Positions 8,298 to 14,986 are shown, counted from the first letter of the stretch. The stretch: DNA of 24,000 bases from Luoshenia tenuis (GCF_014384745.1 NZ_JACRSO010000003.1:416040-440039); one strand, 5' to 3'. Notes: generated by a model from the sequence alone, not told the origin. Made by a program: numbers and translations.

Positions 8298-8501
8298 ATG
8301 GAGAAGATCAACCGCATCAACGCCCTGGCGCACAAATCCCGCACACAGGGGTTGAGCGAGGCGGAAAAGCAGGAGCAGCTGGCCCTGCGGGCGGAATACC
8401 TGCAGGCGCTGCGCAAAAATGTGAGCGCGATGCTGGACAACGTGATCATAGAGGAAGAGGACGGGACGCGCCACAGGCCGGCCAAGCGCAAGGAACGGTA
8501 A
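8298..8501 (+). CDS. DUF896 (UPF0291, YnzC-like) small protein
   Basis: MEKINRINALAHKSRTQGLSEAEKQEQLALRAEYLQALRKNVSAMLDNV... matches the recalled DUF896 pattern (INRINELA.K.K..GLT.EE..EQ..LR..YL). The in-frame GTG at 8289 is an alternative start, closer to the AGGAG at about 8272. Confidence 0.8.
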   Translation: MEKINRINALAHKSRTQGLSEAEKQEQLALRAEYLQALRKNVSAMLDNVIIEEEDGTRHRPAKRKER

Positions 8502-8526
8502 AGCCGCTTAAGATTTTAGGCGGCTT
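8501..8526 (+). terminator. Weak hairpin after the DUF896 gene
   Basis: aagccgc (8501-8507) pairs with gcggctt (8520-8526) around a 12-nt loop, followed by tctcatt. The stem is short and the T-tail poor. Confidence 0.3.
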
Positions 8527-8558
8527 TCTCATTACGGGATAAAGGAGGCGGCAAAAAA

Positions 8559-9374
8559 GTGTTTGACTGCCATATGCACACCCATCTTTCGGGAGATTCG
8601 CAGGCGCGTTTGGATGAGATGTGCCAGGCCGCGCTGCAAAAGGGCATCGGCACCCTTTGCACCACCGAGCACGTGGATATCGGCCATCCGGACAAAGAGA
8701 CGTTGTTTTTGTGCGAGCCCTACCGGGAGCGCGAGCAGATTGAAAGGGCGCGGGAGCGGTTTGCGCAGCTGAAGATCCTTTGGGGATTGGAGGTGGGGTA
8801 CATGCCCGCCACCATTGTCCAGACCCGGCTGTACGCGCAGCGGTACGAGCTTGATTACCTGCTGTACTCAGTGCACGTGGCGGGGGAATGGGATTGCTAC
8901 GATAAAGAGTATTATGAGGGGCTGACCCGCCGCCAGGCCTACCTGCGCTACCTGGACGCCGTGATCGACTCGCTGGACGCCTGGGATGGGTTCGACTGCA
9001 TGGGGCACTTGGGCTATATCGCCAAATGCGCGCCCTATGAGGACCCGGCCCTGCGCCTGGGGGACTACCGGGAGGCGGTGGAGGCGATCCTGCAAAGGCT
9101 GGTGCGGATGGGCAAGGGACTGGAGATCAACACCTCCAGCTTCCCCAAGACCGGCGGGCCCATGCCGGAGGCGGATATTTTGCGCCGCTACCGGGAGATG
9201 GGGGGAGAGATCGCCACCATCGGCTCGGACGCGCACGCGCCCGAAGCGGTGGGCCAGCACTTTAAGGCGGCGCTGGAGCTGGCCCGGACGGCGGGCTTTG
9301 AGCGGCTTTGCTACTTTGAAGGGCGCAGGCCTGTATTTGAACCGATCGATAAAATGATGGCCGCGCTGCGGTAA
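8559..9374 (+). CDS. Histidinol-phosphatase HisJ-family PHP-domain phosphoesterase
   Basis: GTG start at 8559, 10 nt after AAAGGAGG. The N-terminal metal motif is MFDCHMHTHLSGDS (HxH), with later His and Asp residues (EHVD, YSVH, GHLGY, GSDAHAP) in PHP-domain order. Confidence 0.85.
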   Translation: MFDCHMHTHLSGDSQARLDEMCQAALQKGIGTLCTTEHVDIGHPDKETLFLCEPYREREQIERARERFAQLKILWGLEVGYMPATIVQTRLYAQRYELDYLLYSVHVAGEWDCYDKEYYEGLTRRQAYLRYLDAVIDSLDAWDGFDCMGHLGYIAKCAPYEDPALRLGDYREAVEAILQRLVRMGKGLEINTSSFPKTGGPMPEADILRRYREMGGEIATIGSDAHAPEAVGQHFKAALELARTAGFERLCYFEGRRPVFEPIDKMMAALR

Positions 9375-9390
9375 AAAGGGGGATGTGGGG

Positions 9391-10452
9391 ATGAACCAAT
9401 TATTTGAGACCTTTACCCTGAAGGGCAGGACGGCGCCTAACCGGCTGATGCTACCGCCCATGCTGACCCGCAGGGACGACCGGGAGCTAAACGGCCGCGC
9501 GGACGCGGGGCACGTGGCCCATTACGGCGCGCGGGCCAGGGGCGGCGCGGGGCTTGTGGTGGTGGAGTGCACCGCCATCGCCCCTGAGGCGCGGCTGGGC
9601 CGGGGCGAGCTGGGCCTATGGGAGGACGGGCAGATTGAAGGGATGGCGGCCATCGCCCGGGCGGTAAAGGCGGCGGGCAGCTTATGCTTTGTGCAGCTGC
9701 ACCACGCCGGGTTCAAGGCGGCTGCGACGGTGACTGATGATCTGACCGCGCCCAGCGACTGCGAAAGGGAGGGCCGCAAGGCCCGGGCGCTGCGGGCGGA
9801 AGAGATCGAAACGATTATCGGGCAATTCGTGGCGGCGGCCAGACGCGCCCATGCGGCGGGGATGGACGGGGTGGAGCTACACGGCTGCCATGAGTACCTG
9901 CTCAACGAATTCACCTCGCCCACCTATAACACGCGCACGGACGCATACGCCGGGTATGCCCTGCCGCTGCGGGTACTGCGGGAGGTAAAGGACGCCCTGC
10001 CGGAGGACTTTATCGTAGGCTACCGCATGGGGGTAAACGATAACGACTTTGATGCGGGCGTAAAGCTGGCCCAGGCGCTGGAGCAGGCGGGGGCGGATTA
10101 CTTGAGCGTATCGGCGGGGTTGGGGCCCGTGCCGGACTCCGTTCCGGAGGACTTTGGATACAACTGGTTCGTGTACGGCGCGTCTCTGGTGCACGCGGCG
10201 GTAAAGGTGCCGGTGGTGGCGGTCAATTCCATCCGCACGCCGGAGCAGGCAAAGGGCGTGATTACCCGCGACCTGGCGGATATCGTAGCGGTGGGCCGGG
10301 CCTTTTTGGCGGACGAAAACTTTGGCGCGCGGGCCCGGGCGGGGGAGCCGGTCAACCCCTGCTATGGCTGCCCCGGCGGGTGCAACTGGTTAAAAGGCCG
10401 GGACTGCCCGGCGCTTTTGAGGGCCAAAAGGAAGGAGAGGGACCATGTTTGA
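9391..10452 (+). CDS. NADH:flavin oxidoreductase (Old Yellow Enzyme-like TIM barrel) with C-terminal Cys cluster
   Basis: ORF 9385-10452, with preferred ATG at 9391. OYE-type motifs are present: LPPM near the N-terminus, QLHHAG, and GVELHGCHEYLLNEFTSP. It ends with CYGCPGGCNWLKGRDC. Its stop overlaps the next gene's ATG by 8 nt. Confidence 0.85.
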   Translation: MNQLFETFTLKGRTAPNRLMLPPMLTRRDDRELNGRADAGHVAHYGARARGGAGLVVVECTAIAPEARLGRGELGLWEDGQIEGMAAIARAVKAAGSLCFVQLHHAGFKAAATVTDDLTAPSDCEREGRKARALRAEEIETIIGQFVAAARRAHAAGMDGVELHGCHEYLLNEFTSPTYNTRTDAYAGYALPLRVLREVKDALPEDFIVGYRMGVNDNDFDAGVKLAQALEQAGADYLSVSAGLGPVPDSVPEDFGYNWFVYGASLVHAAVKVPVVAVNSIRTPEQAKGVITRDLADIVAVGRAFLADENFGARARAGEPVNPCYGCPGGCNWLKGRDCPALLRAKRKERDHV

Positions 10453-10909
10453 GGGTAAATTCGTCCAGGGGATGGAGGCGGCAAAGCCCGCGCTGGCGGT
10501 GCGCTGGGCCGTGTTTGTGGAGGAGCAGGGCTTTTCCGGCGATAAAGAGGTAGACGAGCACGACGCGCTGGCCCACCATGGGATGATTAACGTGGGCGGA
10601 AAGACGGTGGCGGCCGGCCGGCTGATCATGGAAAAGCCGGGGGTGCTGCGCATCGGGCGGATTGCGGTGCTGAAGGAATACCGGGGCCAGGGCTATGGGG
10701 ATTTGATGGTGCGCATGCTGCTGGACCGGGCGCTGCGCTACGGGGCAAGGGAAATTTTGGTCAACGGCCAGGAGCGGGTGGCGGCGTTTTACGAGCGGTT
10801 CGGCTTTAAGCGCTGCGGCCCCAATTACGACGAGGAAGGCTGCCCCCACGTGCCCATGAGCGTGCAGGCGGAGGATGTGCGCTTCCCCAGCGCGTGCGGA
10901 GCACAGTAG
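10445..10909 (+). CDS. GNAT family N-acetyltransferase (ElaA/YjcF-like)
   Basis: 154 aa. The acetyl-CoA motif A is RIAVLKEYRGQGYGDLMVRMLL, followed by a C-terminal FYERFGF. Confidence 0.85.
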   Translation: MFEGKFVQGMEAAKPALAVRWAVFVEEQGFSGDKEVDEHDALAHHGMINVGGKTVAAGRLIMEKPGVLRIGRIAVLKEYRGQGYGDLMVRMLLDRALRYGAREILVNGQERVAAFYERFGFKRCGPNYDEEGCPHVPMSVQAEDVRFPSACGAQ

Positions 10910-10945
10910 CCTAGGCGGGGGCGAACAGTGAAGGAGGCAATGCAG

Positions 10946-11527
10946 ATGGCCGAGGAAATGCTGACGATATATGACGATGATTTAAACCCCGTGGGCGAGC
11001 TGCCCCGGGCCCAGGCCCATGGTACGCAGCACTGGCACCGGGTGGTGCACGTGTGGCTGTACGGGACCTTCCGCAGGGAGAAATGCGTATTTTTGCAAAA
11101 GCGCGCGGCACAGAAAAAAACCTATCCCGGGTTTTACGACGCCGGCACCACCGGGCATATATCGGCCGGGGAGACGCCGGAGCAGGCCGCCCTGCGGGAG
11201 GTGCGCGAAGAGGTGGGCCTTGCGCTGCAGGCCCAGGATTTGACGGAGCTGGGCCAGTGCCGGGAGGACGAGGCGGGCGACCGGGAGGTGGCCACGGTAT
11301 TTCTGGCCCGGGCAAGCGCGCAGGACTTTGCCCCCGGCGAGGAGGTCGAGGGGATGATCGCCATGCCGCTTGGCCGCTTTGAATCCCTGGTGCGGCGGGA
11401 AAAGGACGGGGCCGCGGCCCGCACGCTTAGCGGGGAGCGGGTGTTTTTGACCCGGGATAAGCTCTGCCGGCACCCGGAATCGGCCCTGCTGGCCATCAGG
11501 GCCCTGCAGGCGATCAAGGAGGAATAG
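10946..11527 (+). CDS. NUDIX hydrolase
   Basis: It has a complete Nudix box, GHISAGETPEQAALREVREEVGL (G-x5-E-x7-REvxEExG). ORF 10928-11527. The ATG at 10946 sits 8 nt after AGGAGG (10932-10937). The ATG at 10940 and GTG at 10928 are too close to the SD. Confidence 0.85.
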   Translation: MAEEMLTIYDDDLNPVGELPRAQAHGTQHWHRVVHVWLYGTFRREKCVFLQKRAAQKKTYPGFYDAGTTGHISAGETPEQAALREVREEVGLALQAQDLTELGQCREDEAGDREVATVFLARASAQDFAPGEEVEGMIAMPLGRFESLVRREKDGAAARTLSGERVFLTRDKLCRHPESALLAIRALQAIKEE

Positions 11528-11531
11528 TAAA

Positions 11532-13013
11532 ATGGCAGATAAGCGGCAGATCCTCTTTTTAATGACCGATACCACCCGGTGGGATATGCTGGGCTGCTAC
11601 GGCAATGCCGCCATGCACACCCCCAACTTGGACGCGCTGGCGGCGCGGGGCACCCGGTTTGAACGGGCCTATACCTGCCAGCCGGTGTGCGGGCCGGCCC
11701 GCAGCGCCATCTTTACCGGGCTTTACCCTCACTCCTGCGGCGGGTGGACCAACTCGGTGGCGCTGGCGGCGGACGTCAAGACCCTGGGGCAGCGGCTGAC
11801 CGAGGCGGGCGTGCACTGCGGCTACATCGGCAAATGGCACCTGGACGGGGGCGATTACTTTGGCAACGGCGTCTGCCCCGAAGGGTGGGACGCGGATTAC
11901 TGGTACGATATGCGCTGCTATTTGGAGGAACTGACCGAGGAGGAGCGGCGCTACTCCCGAGTGGAGGGCAACCCCGTAAAGCCCGAATTTACCTATGGCT
12001 ACCGGGTGGCCGACCGGGCGGTGCGCTTTTTGCAGGAGAACGGCGGGGAGGACTTCTTTTTGACCGTCAGCCTGGATGAGCCTCACGGCCCCTCGCTCTG
12101 CCCCGAGCCCTTTGCCTCCATGTTTGAGAATTATCAGTTCCCCAAAAGCGCCAATGTGTGGGACGATCTGCAGAATAAGCCGCCCCACCAGCGGGCCTGG
12201 GCGGGGGAGAACCTGAAGCGGGATGCGGACGCGCTGAAGCTGACCCCGCGCTACCTTTTGGGCTGCAATGCCTTTGCCGACCAGCAGCTGGGCCGGGTGA
12301 TCGATGCCGCGCGGGAGTTGGCGCCCGATGCGATGATCGTATTCACCTCGGATCACGGGGACTTTATCGGCTCCCACGCCTTAAGCGGCAAGGGCCCGGC
12401 GGGGTATGAGGAGATCTGCCACATCCCCCTGATCATAGCGGGCGGCGCGGCGCTGGAGGGAAGGGTGTATCCCCACCCGGTCTCCCATATCGACCTGGCG
12501 CCCACCCTATTGCATTACATGGGGGTGGCGGCGCCCACCCTGCCGGGGCACGACCTGGCGCCCGCGCTGGCGGGCGGGGCGGAGCCGGTGGATGAGCAGG
12601 TGTTCTTTGAATTTGGCCGCTATGAGGTGGACCACGACGGGTTCGGGGGCTTCCAGCCCATGCGGGCGGCCTTTGACGGGCGCTATAAGCTGGTGGTGAA
12701 CCTGCTGAGCACCGACGAGCTGTACGACCTACAAGAGGACCCCTGCGAGATGGAGAACCTCATCGGCCGGGAGGATACCGCCGCGGTGCGGGACGCCCTG
12801 CACGACCGGATTTTGGAGATGATGAACCGCACCCGGGACCCCTTCCGGGGCTATTATTGGGAGCGGCGGCCTTGGCGGGCGGACGCGCGGCCCGCGACTT
12901 GGGCCTATACCGGCTATACCCGACAAAAGGAGACCGAGCCGGGGGAAGCGCGCCAGCTGGATTACGATACCGGGATGCCCATGGAAGAGGCCACCCGCTT
13001 TAAAAAGGTGTAG
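11532..13013 (+). CDS. Cys-type sulfatase (arylsulfatase family), no signal peptide
   Basis: 493 aa. PVCGPARSAIFTG fits the sulfatase signature [SAPG]-[LIVMST]-[CS]-[STACG]-P-[STA]-R-x2-[LIVMFW]2-[TAR]-G, with Cys as the formylglycine precursor. The N-terminus MADKRQILFLMTDTTRWDMLG has no hydrophobic leader. The RBS AAGGAGG lies 9 nt upstream. Confidence 0.9.
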   Translation: MADKRQILFLMTDTTRWDMLGCYGNAAMHTPNLDALAARGTRFERAYTCQPVCGPARSAIFTGLYPHSCGGWTNSVALAADVKTLGQRLTEAGVHCGYIGKWHLDGGDYFGNGVCPEGWDADYWYDMRCYLEELTEEERRYSRVEGNPVKPEFTYGYRVADRAVRFLQENGGEDFFLTVSLDEPHGPSLCPEPFASMFENYQFPKSANVWDDLQNKPPHQRAWAGENLKRDADALKLTPRYLLGCNAFADQQLGRVIDAARELAPDAMIVFTSDHGDFIGSHALSGKGPAGYEEICHIPLIIAGGAALEGRVYPHPVSHIDLAPTLLHYMGVAAPTLPGHDLAPALAGGAEPVDEQVFFEFGRYEVDHDGFGGFQPMRAAFDGRYKLVVNLLSTDELYDLQEDPCEMENLIGREDTAAVRDALHDRILEMMNRTRDPFRGYYWERRPWRADARPATWAYTGYTRQKETEPGEARQLDYDTGMPMEEATRFKKV

Positions 13014-13038
13014 GGGTTCGGCTTGGCCTTATCGCGCC

Positions 13039-13169
13039 GTCTTTCTGAGTGCAGCGAGGAATTTCGAGGGAAGACCGCTGGGAAGGTTTTTCCACAGGCG
13101 CTGTGGGGAGGCGGAGCGGGGCATGTGACGCGAGAGATTCTTCGCGGTGCCTGCGGGCTCTTCAATGAC
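13039..13169 (+). repeat. MITE/REP-like unit, copy 5 (left flank of the yjdF cassette)
   Basis: The degenerate A-arm is gtctttctgagtgcagcgaggaatttc. The core is ..accgctgggaagg..ggcgctgtggggaggcggagcggggcatgtgacgcg.. and the B-arm is gagattcttcgcggtgcctgcgggctcttcaatgac. It is a direct repeat of 13905-14038. Confidence 0.7.
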
Positions 13170-13239
13170 GGGGAAAGGCTATGCGTACTTACGCGACATA
13201 TGCCCCGCTTACACGGCGGGGAAAGGATATAAAGATTGA

Positions 13240-13388
13240 AAGAGGTGCTTGAACAGAAGAAAACAAGCTGATCTTACGCAAAGGGGAAAACACAGTCCCG
13301 GTTGGTAGTCCGGGCGCGGCTTCAAGCAAGCTGCCAGTAACCTGCCTCCTTGGTTGTCCACCCTTTGCGGTTTAAAATAAAGGAGGAA
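13240..13388 (+). promoter_or_regulatory. Structured 5' leader of yjdF; candidate yjdF-motif (azaaromatic) riboswitch with an SD-sequestering helix
   Basis: The leader sits directly upstream of a YjdF-family gene, which is the defining context of the yjdF motif. An 8-bp long-range pair joins tgcttgaa (13246-13253) and ttcaagca (13321-13328). There is a hairpin cccgg/ccggg at 13297-13314. An anti-SD cctcctt (13345-13351) is perfectly complementary to the SD aaggagg (13380-13386). I could not compare it with the Rfam consensus from memory. Confidence 0.4.
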
Positions 13389-13811
13389 ATGATGGAACAG
13401 GTAAAAGCGACGCTGACGGTGCTGTTTGAGGACCCTTTTTGGGTGGGCGTGTATGAGCGGGAGAGCGGCGGGCGCTATGGCGCCTGTAAGCTGACCTTTG
13501 GCGCGGAGCCCAGGGACTATGAGGTGTATGCCGCCCTGCTGCAAAACTGGGAGCGTTTGGAACCGGGACAGGAAATGGCCGCGCAGGCGGCAGCGCAAAG
13601 GCGGATCAACCCCAAACGGATGCAGCGGGCCGCCCGGCGGCAGATGCAGGACGCGGGCGTGGGCACCCGGGCCCAGCAGGCGCTGAAGTTGCAACAGGCG
13701 GCGGGGAAGCTGGCCCGACGCAGGCGGACCCGCGAAGAGCGGGAGCGGGAGGCGCGGCGGCAGTTTGCCCTGCGCCAGCAGCGCAAAAAAGATAAGCACA
13801 AAGGGCACTGA
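13389..13811 (+). CDS. yjdF: YjdF family protein (DUF2992)
   Basis: ORF 13350-13811, with preferred ATG at 13389 just after AAGGAGG. The product is MMEQVKATLTVLFEDPFWVGVYERESGGRYGACKLTFGAEPRDYEVY..., followed by a very basic K/R-rich tail, as recalled for DUF2992/YjdF. Confidence 0.85.
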   Translation: MMEQVKATLTVLFEDPFWVGVYERESGGRYGACKLTFGAEPRDYEVYAALLQNWERLEPGQEMAAQAAAQRRINPKRMQRAARRQMQDAGVGTRAQQALKLQQAAGKLARRRRTREEREREARRQFALRQQRKKDKHKGH

Positions 13812-13832
13812 GGCAGCGCGAAACAAAACGGG

Positions 13833-13867
13833 AGCCGGCCGGATCGAGCGATCTGGCCGGCTTTTTA
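13833..13867 (+). terminator. Intrinsic terminator of yjdF
   Basis: agccggcc (13833-13840) pairs with ggccggct (13855-13862), with an inner GATC/GATC pairing, followed by a T-run reading ctttttat. Confidence 0.85.
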
Positions 13868-13904
13868 TGAAGTGGAACCCGCAAAATAAAGGCTGAAACC
13901 GTGC

Positions 13905-14038
13905 TGCGCACAGATGGATTTTGTCGCGCGGGAGAAGCGACCGCTGGGACGGGCGTTTCCATGGCGCTGTGGGGAGGCGGGGCGGGGCAGGTAACGCAGG
14001 AGATTCTTCGCAGGCCTGCGGCCTTGCGTTTCAATGAC
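13905..14038 (+). repeat. MITE/REP-like unit, copy 6 (right flank of the yjdF cassette)
   Basis: ..accgctgggacgggcgtttccatggcgctgtggggaggcggggcggggcaggtaacgcaggagattcttcgcaggcctgcggccttgcgtttcaatgac is collinear with 13073-13169, with scattered mismatches of all types. Confidence 0.7.
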
Positions 14039-14121
14039 AAGGAAAGGGCGAGGTGCAATGGGGGAATGAGTGAAGGTTTTTCAGTCCGGTTCGAGCGGGA
14101 AGATATAGATGGAAGGGTATA

Positions 14122-14705
14122 GGTTTTCGTTCAGTAGAGAACCAAGGCATAATGCGAAATAGGGAGGAAAGTTAGGGAACGTGTTTTATATGTTAAGGGA
14201 GCGCGGAACGAACGCCGCCGGTGGAAATCTATAGTGCCCGCGCCCGGTGGGCGATGAAGGGCACGATGATTTCTGTGAGCGTAAGTTGAGGGCAAGTGCC
14301 CTTTGGCACGAAGGCCGAAACCTCAGCGAACAGAGGTGGCCCCAGAGATGGTCCCGGTAAGTGAGTGCAGCGCTCTGTGAGCATGAGACAAGGGCGAGCG
14401 GACAACGTGCCGCGAAGCCTGCGTCCATAGCGAACAGAGGGGGCGTAAGCAGGGGGATTCCGATTTCCCCCTTTAGGCTAAAGCCCCTCTGTTCACTGTG
14501 GGTTTGCCCATCGCGGCGTGCCGGCCGCTCGGGCGCACCTCACGTTCACAGAAATCATCGCGCCCTTTTCCCGCCACTGGCGGCGGGCGCTATAGATTTC
14601 CCCAAACGGCCACTCCGAGGTGGGGACGGAGGTTTTTCAAACCCTCCGATGCTGATGAACCAATTAATTTTCCAGCCGTTTCGCTTATGTTATGCCTTTT
14701 GACTT
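14122..14705. repeat. ~580-bp imperfect palindrome made of nested hairpin modules (function unknown)
   Basis: Matching inverted blocks are 14144-14159 / 14679-14698. A second pair is 14223-14234 (ggaaatctatag) / 14590-14601. A third pair is 14264-14278 (cgatgatttctgtga) / 14546-14560. A fourth pair is 14325-14336 / 14486-14494. There is also a perfect 11-bp central stem, gaacagagggg (14432-14442) / cccctctgttc (14484-14494). A ~70-nt module occurs three times. Confidence 0.7.
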
Positions 14706-14711
14706 AATCCA

Positions 14712-14772
14712 CACTTGCCTCCCTCTGACGAGGGAGGTGGCGCACCCAAAGGGTGCGCCGGAGGGAGAGATG
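14712..14772 (+). repeat. 61-nt double-hairpin element (type C), plus orientation
   Basis: cacttgcctccctctgacgagggaggtggcgcacccaaagggtgcgccggagggagagatg. The stems are cctccctc/gagggagg and ggcgcaccc/gggtgcgcc. This is the inverted twin of 7662-7722. Confidence 0.75.
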
Positions 14773-14821
14773 ACGCCGAGCGAAAACCCATAGGTTTATG
14801 CGCAGGCAGCAGGCTACCCTT

Positions 14822-14957
14822 GTCATTCCGAGCGTAAGCGAGGAATCTCGTTACAACCTCTCGCTTGTGGCCTGCATCCTCGCAGTCCCGATAAAGCGCC
14901 TCTTTCCAGCTACGCCATCAGATTCTTCACTCCGGCTTCGCCTTCGTTCTGAATGAC
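14822..14957 (+). repeat. MITE/REP-like unit, copy 4
   Basis: The A-arm is gtcattccgagcgtaagcgaggaatctc with a GTAA loop. The B-arm is cagattcttcactccggcttcgccttcgttctgaatgac. Confidence 0.8.
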
Positions 14958-14986
14958 ACACTTGCGTATAAAGGTATACTATATTT

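Noticed and set aside
7536-8491. ORFs inside the repeat tracts (7536-7832, 7930-8265, 8114-8491; likewise 13606-14058, 14186-14428, 14361-14702).
   Set aside because: They are read-through of the hairpin repeats (for example ..YARNDRERN.., ..TREVAHPLGAPEGE..). They have no RBS, odd composition, and the same peptide strings recur wherever the DNA repeat recurs.
13039-14038. Diversity-generating retroelement (TR/VR pair) for the two ~80%-identical units flanking yjdF, or for the two esterase genes.
   Set aside because: No reverse transcriptase is present in the window. Mismatches between copies involve all four bases rather than adenine-specific substitutions, and the units are non-coding.
14085-14100. 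tRNA-like T-loop string ccggttcgagcggg.
   Set aside because: The flanking bases cannot form a 5-bp T-stem (tccgg versus gggaa). No acceptor or anticodon arms could be built around it.
14213-14613. Invertible promoter (inverton) flanked by the 14221-14282 / 14551-14612 inverted repeats.
   Set aside because: The inverted repeats are imperfect, with the longest perfect cores only 12 and 15 nt. No site-specific recombinase is nearby and I saw no obvious promoter in the enclosed 270 nt. It can still be tested with read-orientation data, but the sequence alone does not support it.
14160-14620. RNase P RNA (gggaggaaagttaggg resembles GAGGAAAGTCC) or cobalamin riboswitch (cccgccactgg and ggtggaaatc resemble GCCACTG and GGTGAAAATCC) within the palindrome.
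   Set aside because: Only isolated short matches are present. The partner conserved elements (P4 3' strand GGCTTACAGAA-type, B12 box AGCCAGGAGACCTGCC-type) are absent. The 'matches' are duplicated in mirror image, which fits a palindromic repeat rather than these RNAs.
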